Of a DNA stretch of 38,917 nucleotides, positions 29,844 through 37,789 are shown in pieces. Under the pieces are notes generated by a model. The model saw only the letters and a program-made list of their open reading frames with translations. It did not search any database and had not been told where the DNA came from. The stretch's first letter is position 1, and every line of letters starts with the position of its first letter. Position numbers and translations under genes: made by a program. This DNA comes from a virus. Where the stretch lies: the IMG/VR virus record IMGVR_UViG_3300045988_014907, one strand, 5' to 3'.

Positions 29844-30538
29844 AGGTTTACAAGGCAACTAATAAGGATATGAAATGCCGCGGGTTCCAGTATGAGCTTG
29901 GCAAAACGGCAGAAGTGGATGGAGACGCTAAACTCTGTGAAAGAGGTCTCCATGCCTGCGAAATGCCGCTTGATGTTTTGGGTTACTACGCGCCCGGCGA
30001 TGGCTCCCGGTATTTCGAGGCGGAGCTGGAGGATGTCAGCGACGAGATGCAGAGCAACGACACAAAGCGCGTCGGCAAGAAACTGACATTGAGCGCAGAG
30101 ATCGGCATTCCGGGGCTTGTCAAGGCGCAGGTGGAGTACGTTAAAGCACAGTGTGATTTTGACAATGCCATCAAAAAGGCGAACAGCGAAAAGAAAAACC
30201 ACGCCACCGGCTGGAGTGGCGCAGCATCCGCCACCGGCGTGAGTGGCGCAGCATCCGCCACCGGCGAGAGTGGCGCAGCATCCGCCACCGGCGTGAGGGG
30301 CGCAGCATCCGCCACCGGCGTGAGGGGCGCAGCATCCGCCACCGGAAAAGGGTGTGTGGCTATGGCTACTGGTTTTTATGGGCGCGTAATGGGAGAGATT
30401 GGAAACGCCGTTGTCTGCGTAGAGCGAAATATGAATGGAGAGATCGCTGCCATTCTATCCGCTGTTGTGGATGGCGAAACGCTGAAACCCGGCGTGTGGT
30501 ATACCGTTAAGAACGGGGAATGGGTGGAGGTGCAGTAA
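29840..30538 (+). CDS. Repeat-containing phage protein (DUF7666-like N-terminus, GAASATGxx nonapeptide repeats)
   Basis: MKVYKATNKDMKCRGFQYELGK...LHACE N-terminal pattern. Five 27-nt tandem repeats are in frame. Confidence 0.7.
   Translation: MKVYKATNKDMKCRGFQYELGKTAEVDGDAKLCERGLHACEMPLDVLGYYAPGDGSRYFEAELEDVSDEMQSNDTKRVGKKLTLSAEIGIPGLVKAQVEYVKAQCDFDNAIKKANSEKKNHATGWSGAASATGVSGAASATGESGAASATGVRGAASATGVRGAASATGKGCVAMATGFYGRVMGEIGNAVVCVERNMNGEIAAILSAVVDGETLKPGVWYTVKNGEWVEVQ
30203..30346 (+). repeat. 27-nt tandem repeat x5.3 (gccaccggcNNNagKggcgcagcatcc), coding
   Basis: Copies start at 30203, 30230, 30257, 30284 and 30311, with a partial copy at 30338. Variation is limited to 3-4 positions. 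Confidence 0.95.
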
Positions 30539-31056
30539 TGAACCGATTGAAGGAACGGCGGCTGGAGCTGGGGCTGACGCAGGAGGCGGTCAGCGGCGTG
30601 CTGAAGCTGGTGGATCCCCGTATCGACACCTGCATGGTGAGCCGGTTTGAAAACGGCGTGTGTCTGCCCACGGAGGAGGTGCTGACAGCGCTGGAGGCGG
30701 CACTGCGTACCAGTCGGGCATATCTGTACGGCGACGAGGAAAAGGCCGACATCCCCCAGCGGACGGCGGAAACGGAGCGCATTGCGGCGCTGATCCCCCC
30801 CGGGCGGCGAAACGCCATCAGCCGTGCGGAGCTGGCGGCGGCGATGCAGACCTCCGACCGGATGATGCGAAAGGCCGTCAGCGAAGCCAAGCGGCAGGGC
30901 GTGATGATCTGCAACGACGGCGAGGGATACTACCAGACGGAGGAGCTGGTAGATCTGTACCGGCAGTACAAGCGGGACACGGCGCGGGCTATGTCCATCC
31001 TCAAGGCGCGAAAGCCGATGCGGGACGTGCTGAAAGCGGCGGGGCGACCGGTATGA
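30538..31056 (+). CDS. HTH (XRE-like N-terminus) plus winged-helix-like C-terminal domain protein
   Basis: MNRLKERRLELGLTQEAVSGVL... Start overlaps the upstream stop (TAATG). Confidence 0.6.
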   Translation: MNRLKERRLELGLTQEAVSGVLKLVDPRIDTCMVSRFENGVCLPTEEVLTALEAALRTSRAYLYGDEEKADIPQRTAETERIAALIPPGRRNAISRAELAAAMQTSDRMMRKAVSEAKRQGVMICNDGEGYYQTEELVDLYRQYKRDTARAMSILKARKPMRDVLKAAGRPV

Positions 31057-31232
31057 GAAGCGTGATGCAGTATTGGGAACCGGAGCGGCCCTTAGAGCCG
31101 AAGGACTACGATCTGCCCGTCTGCCCCGTGTGTGGGGAGGAGACGGACACCTACTACAAGAACAAGGACGGCGTCATCGTGGGGTGCGAGTTTTGCATTG
31201 AGACGGTGGACGCATGGGAGGAACAGAAATGA
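31053..31232 (+). CDS. Small Zn-ribbon protein
   Basis: CPVCGEE...GCEFC. ATGA overlap with the upstream gene. Confidence 0.55.
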   Translation: MRSVMQYWEPERPLEPKDYDLPVCPVCGEETDTYYKNKDGVIVGCEFCIETVDAWEEQK

Positions 31233-31256
31233 GTATGTGGGAAAGGCGGAAGAATA

Positions 31257-31901
31257 ATGCTGAAATCATTTAACGAGTTGATACAGGTGGATGTAAAGCC
31301 GTTTTGCGATCTTCGAGACGCAAAGGACGAGAAGGGTAATGTTATCAAGGTTCCTTATTTGAGCTGGGCAAAGTGCGCGAAGTTGCTCCACGAAAACGGA
31401 GCATCCAGCGTGTGGTATGCCCCTCGTAGGTGCCCGGAAACGAATACATACCTGTGGCCGCAGGCCAAAATTACTACCAGTAAAGGAAGGATTACAGAAT
31501 GCTGGTTTGTGTCTGTTGAAATCCACATTGACGATTTGGAGTTTTCCTACGACATGCCTCTGCTGAACGGGTCCCTTGTGGTATATGAGGATACGTTGAA
31601 CCAACTTCGCATAAACAACGCGCTGGCGAGAGCTTTCGTTAAAGGTGTTGCCGTGCGTACCGGTCTTGGGTTTGACCTTTGGGCAGAGGGTGACGGAGAC
31701 GATGGTGAGGACGATTTGAGCCGTCACAGTATCTTTGCCATAAAGGAGAGACTGGAAAGGCTAATCACCATGAAAGAACGAAACGGGCTTGACCACAACG
31801 ACCTGCTTCGGGGACTTGGGATCAACGAAAAACAGCTTGTGCAGTTGATGGGTTATTTTGCAAAGCTGGACGCGCTTGAAAAGGCTGTGAGTAAGCTATG
31901 A
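31257..31901 (+). CDS. Rad52-like single-strand annealing protein (Sak/DUF1071-like)
   Basis: VPYLSWAKCAKLLHENGA pattern. Lies upstream of the exonuclease partner. Confidence 0.6.
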   Translation: MLKSFNELIQVDVKPFCDLRDAKDEKGNVIKVPYLSWAKCAKLLHENGASSVWYAPRRCPETNTYLWPQAKITTSKGRITECWFVSVEIHIDDLEFSYDMPLLNGSLVVYEDTLNQLRINNALARAFVKGVAVRTGLGFDLWAEGDGDDGEDDLSRHSIFAIKERLERLITMKERNGLDHNDLLRGLGINEKQLVQLMGYFAKLDALEKAVSKL

Positions 31902-32482
31902 TACGAAACCACGACAGAAGCGGGTGGTTTGGCGCAAGCGACACCGCCACCATCATGGGGAACTGGAATACAGATACATTTCGCAGATGGTGGCTGGTGA
32001 AGCTGGGGGTTAGAAAAGACAGGTTTGTCACACCGTCAATGCAGTGTGGCACGGCCTACGAGCACAAGATACTTGACGCGCTGCGCGTGAAGATACGAGA
32101 CAGGCAGATACGCATCCGTTCGTTCCGTTTGCGGGTGAACTATGACGGGGAAAGCAGACAACTTATTACCGAAGTGAAAACGCACAGCAAACCTGTGTTC
32201 AAGGTTACGAAAGCGTATTGGCAGCAGTGCCAGGTGGAGATGTTTGCCAGCGGATGCAGATTGTTTCGAAAGAGGAAGTTTTGCAGGATCGTGGCATACC
32301 GCGTTACAGAAGACGAATTGTTTAATTTTTTCCTGCCAATAGACGAAAACAGGTTGACACAGCACAAGGTTGATTATGACGCGGAGTGGGTCGAGGGGTG
32401 TTATCTACCTCGCCTTAGGTATTTGGCAAAATGCTTACGAGCAGGACATTGGCCGCAGGAGGAAGAATTATGCGGCAGATAA
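31898..32482 (+). CDS. YqaJ-like PD-(D/E)xK recombination exonuclease
   Basis: GASDTATIMG near the N-terminus, GTAYEHKILDAL, and NYDG...ITEVKT (a D...E-x-K arrangement). Confidence 0.65.
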   Translation: MIRNHDRSGWFGASDTATIMGNWNTDTFRRWWLVKLGVRKDRFVTPSMQCGTAYEHKILDALRVKIRDRQIRIRSFRLRVNYDGESRQLITEVKTHSKPVFKVTKAYWQQCQVEMFASGCRLFRKRKFCRIVAYRVTEDELFNFFLPIDENRLTQHKVDYDAEWVEGCYLPRLRYLAKCLRAGHWPQEEELCGR

Positions 32483-33009
32483 CGGTTGACGCGGCGCGTT
32501 GGTCGCAGGACAGCGAGGGCGCGTGGCTCTGCCTGCGGGTGAAGTCACCGGAGGCGGCGATGGAGGTCTGCGACGCTCTGAAGCCGGGCAAGGAGTACAC
32601 CGCCACCGTCAAGGGCAAGGGACGGAGCCTCGATGCCAACGCCTATGCGTGGGTGCTACTGGAAAAGCTGGCGGCGCACTACGGCGTTGCGAGAGAGAAG
32701 GTATACCGGCAGGAGATACAGAGCATCGGCGGCGTCAGCGAGGTGCTGTGCCTGCGGGAAAAGGCGGCGGAGGCGTTCTGCCGGAGCTGGGAGCGGAACG
32801 GTATCGGCTGGATGACCGATACCGGCCCCAGCAAAATCAAGGGCTGCGTGAACGTGCCCGTCTGGTACGGCAGCTCTGTATACGACACGGAGCAGATGGC
32901 GCGGCTGATAGACGCCATCGTGCAGGACTGCCGGGATGTGGGCATTGAAACCATGACACCGCGAGAGCTGGATGCCCTGGTGAGCCGGTGGGGAGAGGTG
33001 AGCGTATGA
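32470..33009 (+). CDS. NinB/Orf-like recombination mediator (tentative)
   Basis: GKGRSLDANAYAWVLLEKLA resembles the NinB RSLDQNxxxW motif. Sits in a recombination-gene context. Confidence 0.4.
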   Translation: MRQITVDAARWSQDSEGAWLCLRVKSPEAAMEVCDALKPGKEYTATVKGKGRSLDANAYAWVLLEKLAAHYGVAREKVYRQEIQSIGGVSEVLCLREKAAEAFCRSWERNGIGWMTDTGPSKIKGCVNVPVWYGSSVYDTEQMARLIDAIVQDCRDVGIETMTPRELDALVSRWGEVSV

Positions 33010-33284
33010 ACGACAAGCGATGCTTTTTGTGCGGGCGGAATTACCCCGGTGACCCGCTGGAGCGGCACCACATTTTTGGCGGCGCAAATCGGAAGAAGAG
33101 CGAGAAGTACGGCCTTGTGGTGTACCTGTGCGGCAATCGCTGCCACCGGAACGGGCGTGGCGCGGTACACAAGAACGGCGACCAGATGCGGCGTCTGAGG
33201 CGGTACGGGCAGCTCAAGGCAATGGAGGAGCAGGGCTGGACGGAGGAGGACTTCCGCCGCGAGTTTGGAAAAAGTTATTTATGA
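33006..33284 (+). CDS. Zn-binding HNH-like/NinG-like small protein (tentative)
   Basis: CFLCG...ERHHIFGGANRKKSEKYGLVVYLCGNRCH. Confidence 0.4.
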   Translation: MNDKRCFLCGRNYPGDPLERHHIFGGANRKKSEKYGLVVYLCGNRCHRNGRGAVHKNGDQMRRLRRYGQLKAMEEQGWTEEDFRREFGKSYL

Positions 33285-33297
33285 GAGGAGATAAGAA

Positions 33298-33690
33298 ATG
33301 CTGAACAAGATTTTCATTATGGGACGCCTGACCCGCGATCCGGAGCTGCGCAGGACGCAGAACGGCACTGCCGTCACCAGCTTCACGCTGGCGGTAGACC
33401 GGGACTTTAAGACTGCGGACGGCACCAAGGACACGGATTTTATTGACGTGGTGGCGTGGCGCAACACCGCCGAGTTCGTATCCAAGTATTTCTCCAAGGG
33501 CCGCATGGCCGTGGTGGAGGGGCGTTTGCAGCTGCGGGACTGGACGGACAAGGACGGGAACAAGCGCCGGAACGCCGAGGTGCTGGCGGACAACATCTAC
33601 TTTGGCGATGCCAAGAAGGACGCGGACAGCGGCGCGGCGCGACCCACCGGCTTTACCGAAATCGAGGATGACGGCGACCTGCCGTTCTGA
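33298..33690 (+). CDS. ssb: Single-stranded DNA-binding protein
   Basis: OB-fold pattern MLNKIFIMGRLTRDPELRRTQNGTAVTSFTLAV... and an acidic C-terminal tip DDGDLPF. Confidence 0.9.
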   Translation: MLNKIFIMGRLTRDPELRRTQNGTAVTSFTLAVDRDFKTADGTKDTDFIDVVAWRNTAEFVSKYFSKGRMAVVEGRLQLRDWTDKDGNKRRNAEVLADNIYFGDAKKDADSGAARPTGFTEIEDDGDLPF

Positions 33691-33707
33691 TGGGAGGGGT
33701 AAGCGGC

Positions 33708-33935
33708 ATGGATTACTGGCACAAGCGGTACACCTGCCCCTACTTCACCAGCAGCGAGAAACGGCGGGTCTGCTGCGAGGGCGGAAGCCGCGTCAGTTTC
33801 GAGACGGGCGGCGCGGCATCCCGCTTCATGAATCAATTCTGTGCCGGTGCGGCGTGGGAGAATTGCACCATCGCACGGCACCTGACGGACGAGTACGAGA
33901 GAAAGGAAGAAAAGAATGGGAAAGATGCAGGATGA
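33708..33935 (+). CDS. Cys-rich hypothetical protein
   Basis: ATG lies after GGGAGGGG. 75 aa. Confidence 0.5.
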   Translation: MDYWHKRYTCPYFTSSEKRRVCCEGGSRVSFETGGAASRFMNQFCAGAAWENCTIARHLTDEYERKEEKNGKDAG

Positions 33936-34230
33936 GATCAAGGGTCTGCGGCGGCAGAATCGGCACTTGGAAAACATCGTACAGCGCCAGCGGCAGCACA
34001 TCGAGGACGCGGAGATCGTGAACGAGGCGTTCAGGCGCGGCATGGATGCGCACTACGCCGCCTGTGCCGTACAGTTTGGCGAGAAGCGTGAAGACTGCGA
34101 CACGCTGTGGGGCTACCATCTGGAGATCCCTGCGGAGCTGGTGACGCAGGCCCTGACAGACTACACCGTGCAGGTGGCGCTGGACAAGGAGCGCGGCGTT
34201 TACGTCATCGGGGCGATGAAGAAGGAGTGA
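33916..34230 (+). CDS. Hypothetical coiled-coil protein
   Basis: 104-aa ORF that overlaps the upstream ORF. Confidence 0.5.
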   Translation: MGKMQDEIKGLRRQNRHLENIVQRQRQHIEDAEIVNEAFRRGMDAHYAACAVQFGEKREDCDTLWGYHLEIPAELVTQALTDYTVQVALDKERGVYVIGAMKKE

Positions 34231-34236
34231 GGCGGT

Positions 34237-34470
34237 GTGAAGCGCAAACAATTCACGTTTTACAGCTCCTACTGGGATGCGATACAGCCTCTCCCCAAAA
34301 AGCAGCAGGCGGAGATCCTTCTGGCGATCTGCGACTATGCGCTGAACGAAACAGAACCGTCCAGCAGTCTCTCCCCCGCCGCCAGTGTCGCGTTTAATTT
34401 GATTCGCCCCACACTGGACAGCGGCAGGAATAAAGCCGCCAACCGCCAGAACAAATCAGAATCAAACTGA
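34237..34470 (+). CDS. DUF6291-like (replisome-organizer N-terminal-like) protein, possibly lacking its usual low-complexity tail
   Basis: GTG start after GAAGGAG. KRKQFTFYSSYWDAIQPLPKKQQAEILLAICDYALN pattern. Ends at TGATAA just before a polypurine tract. Confidence 0.55.
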   Translation: MKRKQFTFYSSYWDAIQPLPKKQQAEILLAICDYALNETEPSSSLSPAASVAFNLIRPTLDSGRNKAANRQNKSESN

Positions 34471-34502
34471 TAACAAACGCATAACAAACGCACAACAAAG
34501 GC
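34470..34502. repeat. 11-nt tandem repeat ataacaaacgc x3 (third copy degenerate)
   Basis: Copies at 34470-34480, 34481-34491 and 34492-34502. Confidence 0.85.
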
Positions 34503-34562
34503 GCAAGGAGAAAGAGGGGGAGAAAGAGAGAGAGCAAGAGAGAGAGGGAGAGTAAGAGAACG
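34503..34562 (+). repeat. Polypurine (GA-rich) tract, followed by the A/T-rich tgttatatattaa
   Basis: About 60 nt, almost exclusively A/G on the plus strand. Confidence 0.9.
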
Positions 34563-34612
34563 AATGTTATATATTAAGGCGGCGGGAGTATGTACTACCG
34601 GAGGAGGAAGAA

Positions 34613-34978
34613 ATGGACAAATGCGAGGTTGAGAAGCTTTTTACCCTGTTTTCCCAGTTCTGGCCGAACAAGCAGGTCACGGCAAAAATGAAGCTGGCGT
34701 GGGAGATCACTTTAGAGCCTTACAGCTATGCGGACGTAAGAGCCGCCGCCGTCGCCTATGCCAGACGCAATAAATTTTTCCCCGATGTGGCGGATATCAC
34801 GATGGGCATTGAGCCGCAGGAGGAGCAGACGCAGGAAGAACAGGCACCGGACACGATGGAGCGTTTTGCCTGGATGCGGTACTACGTCCGCAAGGAGCGA
34901 AAGCTGGGCCGTATCTCCCGCTATGCACGGGAACACGGGATAACGTGGCAAGAGGCCGAGGAGGTGCTGGATGGATAA
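34613..34978 (+). CDS. G39P-like replicative helicase loader/inhibitor
   Basis: LFSQFWPNKQVTAKMKLAWEITLEPYSYADVRAAAVAYARRNKFFPDVADI matches the G39P-family pattern from memory. Confidence 0.55.
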   Translation: MDKCEVEKLFTLFSQFWPNKQVTAKMKLAWEITLEPYSYADVRAAAVAYARRNKFFPDVADITMGIEPQEEQTQEEQAPDTMERFAWMRYYVRKERKLGRISRYAREHGITWQEAEEVLDG

Positions 34979-35183
34979 AGGCATCTGGCGTGTGGCCAGA
35001 GCGCGGCTGTGCGTGGTCTGTTTGCAGGAGATGGCGGCGGATTACATCATCGAGCCAGCGTTCCACGGCTGGGCGCAGGGCGTGTGCCAGCGCTGCGGAA
35101 AAGAGCAGAAAATGACGACGGCCAAGCGCTACACCATGAGCAGGCGCGGACTGGAGAAAAGAGGGTTGTTGGATGAACAGTGA
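34971..35183 (+). CDS. Small Zn-finger-like hypothetical protein
   Basis: CVVC...CQRCG. Overlaps both neighbouring genes. Confidence 0.5.
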   Translation: MDKGIWRVARARLCVVCLQEMAADYIIEPAFHGWAQGVCQRCGKEQKMTTAKRYTMSRRGLEKRGLLDEQ

Positions 35184-35598
35184 GGATCTGATGCGGCTGG
35201 GGCCTGCGGCACAGAAGCAGGTCATGGAGAAGATGCGCAAGCCAAGCAAGTACAAGGCGCAGAAGACGCGGCGCGGCAAGCTGACCTTTGACAGCAAGAA
35301 GGAGGCAGAGCGCTACGACGCGCTGATGCTGCTGCAAAAGGCCGGGGAGATACGGGGTCTGAAATTGCAGGTGCGGTACTGCTTGCAAGAGGCGTACACG
35401 ACGTTTGAGGGCGACCGCGTGAAAAGTATCGACTACATCGCGGACTTCGTGTACGAGCGCCGGACGGCTCCTGACAGCTACGGCCAGCGATACTGGCTTC
35501 CGGTGGTGGAGGACGTGAAGGGTGTGCGGACGCGGGAGTATGCCATGAAAGCAAAGCTGTTCCGCAATCGATACGGATTTGCCATCCGGGAGGTGTGA
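35173..35598 (+). CDS. DUF1064 protein (RecU-like / PD-(D/E)xK resolvase-like)
   Basis: KYKAQKT...FDSKKEAERYDALMLLQKAGEIRGLKLQV...IDYIADF...VEDVKG pattern. Confidence 0.65.
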   Translation: MNSEDLMRLGPAAQKQVMEKMRKPSKYKAQKTRRGKLTFDSKKEAERYDALMLLQKAGEIRGLKLQVRYCLQEAYTTFEGDRVKSIDYIADFVYERRTAPDSYGQRYWLPVVEDVKGVRTREYAMKAKLFRNRYGFAIREV

Positions 35599-35600
35599 GC

Positions 35601-35791
35601 ATGGCCACGGTATACATGATCGTACCCGTGATAAGTACCGCCTGCCCCGCTGGTGGGGTACGACCACGGCGGAGTTTGCGCAGTTGTCCGGGCGGAAGTA
35701 TCACAATGTCCGTGCGGCGATTTGTAAGGCATTCCGGCACGGCGGCAGCTACGGCTGCTACGAGGTGGTGCGTCTGGAGGAGGGCGAGTGA
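35601..35791 (+). CDS. Small phage protein whose reading frame is broken. Start plus SD are in one frame and the protein-like body is in the -1 frame (shift near 35618-35624).
   Basis: GGGAGGTG plus ATG 35601 gives MATVYMIV. The protein-like sequence TRDKYRLPRWWGTTTAEFAQLSGRKYHNVRAAICKAFRHGGSYGCYEVVRLEEGE is in the -1 frame and ends in a GTGATG overlap with the next gene. Confidence 0.45.
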
Positions 35792-36066
35792 TGGGCAAGC
35801 AGCATTTGAGCCGGGACGACCGGATCTTTATGGACGGCAAACGCAGAGGTACGCAGGAGTGCATGGACATGGTGGCGATGGCACTCATCGACAAGTGCGG
35901 CTGGCACGTTCAGGAGGAGACGCCGGACAGCCGCGACACGCACAGCATCGCGTATCTGTACGAGTGTCTGGAAAAGATCACACAGGAGATCAACGAAGGC
36001 CGTATCAAGCGCAAGCACATCAAGGATATGCTGAAGGACGAGTGCGGCGTGGTGTTTGGAGAATAG
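35791..36066 (+). CDS. Hypothetical protein
   Basis: 91-aa ORF with TGATG coupling to the upstream gene. Confidence 0.55.
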   Translation: MGKQHLSRDDRIFMDGKRRGTQECMDMVAMALIDKCGWHVQEETPDSRDTHSIAYLYECLEKITQEINEGRIKRKHIKDMLKDECGVVFGE

Positions 36067-36069
36067 AAT

Positions 36070-37776
36070 ATGATTTTTGCACAAGAGACGATGACCGGCG
36101 AGATCATCGTGGATAATTTCGCTGGCGGCGGTGGTGCGTCGACGGGCATTGAGATCGCCACGGGCCGGTTGGTGGCGCTGGCCGTCAACCACGATCCGGC
36201 GGCTATCCTGATGCACCGCACCAACCACCCGTACACGGAGCATTTTCAGGCATCCGTGTGGGACATTGACCCAAAGACCGTGTGCCGGGGTCGGCCTGTG
36301 GGGCTGGCGTGGTTCTCGCCGGACTGTAAGCATTTCAGTAAGGCCAAGGGGGCGGCGCTGGTTGACCGGAAGATTCGCGGTCTCGCGTGGATCACCCTGC
36401 GATGGGCGGCGACGGTACGGCCCCGCGTCATCATTCTGGAAAATGTGGAGGAGTTCCAGACATGGGGGCCTGTCAGAAAGGGCAAGCCGGTGAAGAAGCT
36501 GGCGGGCACCACGTTCCGGAAATTCATCGACCAACTCACTGAGCTGGGGTACACCGTAGAATATCGGGAGCTGATCGCGGCGGACTACGGTGCGCCTACC
36601 TCTCGTAAGCGCTTCTATCTGGTCGCCCGCTGCGACGGGAAACCCATTGTGTGGCCGGAGCCCACCCACAGCAAGACCGGTGCGGACGGGCTGCCCAAGT
36701 GGCGCAGCGCGGCGGAGATCATCGACTGGAGCCTGCCCTGCCCGTCGGTATTCGCCACAAAGGCGGAGATCATGGAGCGATACGGCCTGAAGGCGGTGCG
36801 GCCGCTGGCGAAGAACACCATGCGCCGCGTCATTCGCGGCGTGGACAAGTTCACTATCCGCAGCGGTCAGCCCTTCATCGTACCTACGGGGTACGGTGAG
36901 CGCAAGGGGCAGGCGCCCCGCGTGCATGATCTTGACGCGCCGTTACCCACCGTGGTCAGCACCGGCAAGGAGAACCTGTGCAGGCCCCTGCTGGCGCCCG
37001 CGCTGATCCAATATCACACGGAACAGACGGAACACGTCCGGGCATCTGGGCTGGGGACGCCCATCAACACGGTGGACGCCTCCAACCGATACGGCCTGAC
37101 CTGCGCTAATCTGGTGGAGTATTACACCGGCGGGCGTCCGCTGGACGTGGCAGAACCCATGCACACCGTTACCAGCCACGACCGCGAGGCAGTGGTCGCC
37201 GCTCACATTGCCAAGTATTACGGCGGCGTGGTCGGCGAAAAGGCAGACGAACCTTTGCCGACGGTGACAGCCATTGACCACAATGCGGTATGTGCCGCTC
37301 ATGTGGTGAAGTTTAAGGGCGATGAGGTTGGGACACAGCCCACGGAATCGCTGCCCACGCAGACGTCCTCCGGTGTTTTCGCCGTGTGCAGGGAACATCT
37401 GGCGAAGATGCGCAGCGGTGACGATCTGGGCTACTGGCCCGAGATTCGCGCCCTGCTGAACGAGTTTTGCGGATACGAGTTGGCGGAGGACGAAGTGCTG
37501 CTGCTGGAGATCGGCGGCGCACTGTACTACATCGCGGACATTGGGCTGCGGATGCTGTCGCCCCGCGAGCTGTACAACGCGATGGGTTTCCCGCCGGATT
37601 ACATCATCGACCGTGACTATGAAGGCAACGAATACAAAAAGAGCGCACAGGTGGCGCGGTGCGGCAATGCGGTGTGTCCGCCGGTGGCATCCGCTTTGGT
37701 GCGTGCCAATCTGCCGGAGTGGTGCGGCGTGACCATCAACACAATGGCGCAGTTGATGGACTGCGTGGCGGTGTGA
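36070..37776 (+). CDS. DNA (cytosine-5) methyltransferase
   Basis: Motif I DNFAGGGGAS, motif IV FSPDCKHFS, motif VI ILENVEEF, motif VIII TSRKRFYLV, and motif X CGNAVCPPVA. Confidence 0.9.
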   Translation: MIFAQETMTGEIIVDNFAGGGGASTGIEIATGRLVALAVNHDPAAILMHRTNHPYTEHFQASVWDIDPKTVCRGRPVGLAWFSPDCKHFSKAKGAALVDRKIRGLAWITLRWAATVRPRVIILENVEEFQTWGPVRKGKPVKKLAGTTFRKFIDQLTELGYTVEYRELIAADYGAPTSRKRFYLVARCDGKPIVWPEPTHSKTGADGLPKWRSAAEIIDWSLPCPSVFATKAEIMERYGLKAVRPLAKNTMRRVIRGVDKFTIRSGQPFIVPTGYGERKGQAPRVHDLDAPLPTVVSTGKENLCRPLLAPALIQYHTEQTEHVRASGLGTPINTVDASNRYGLTCANLVEYYTGGRPLDVAEPMHTVTSHDREAVVAAHIAKYYGGVVGEKADEPLPTVTAIDHNAVCAAHVVKFKGDEVGTQPTESLPTQTSSGVFAVCREHLAKMRSGDDLGYWPEIRALLNEFCGYELAEDEVLLLEIGGALYYIADIGLRMLSPRELYNAMGFPPDYIIDRDYEGNEYKKSAQVARCGNAVCPPVASALVRANLPEWCGVTINTMAQLMDCVAV

Positions 37777-37789
37777 AAGGAGGCATGAC

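Noticed and set aside
30203-30346. CRISPR-like or other non-coding repeat array.
   Set aside because: The repeats are contiguous with no spacers, the unit is 27 nt, and they are in frame within a well-supported ORF (GAASATGxx nonapeptides). This is a coding tandem repeat, not a CRISPR array.
35595-36116. 173-aa plus-strand ORF starting near the ATG at 35601.
   Set aside because: Apart from its first ~8 codons, it is Arg-rich nonsense that runs across the 35791-36066 gene and into the C5 methyltransferase start. I interpret it as the wrong-frame continuation of a frameshifted small gene (see findings).
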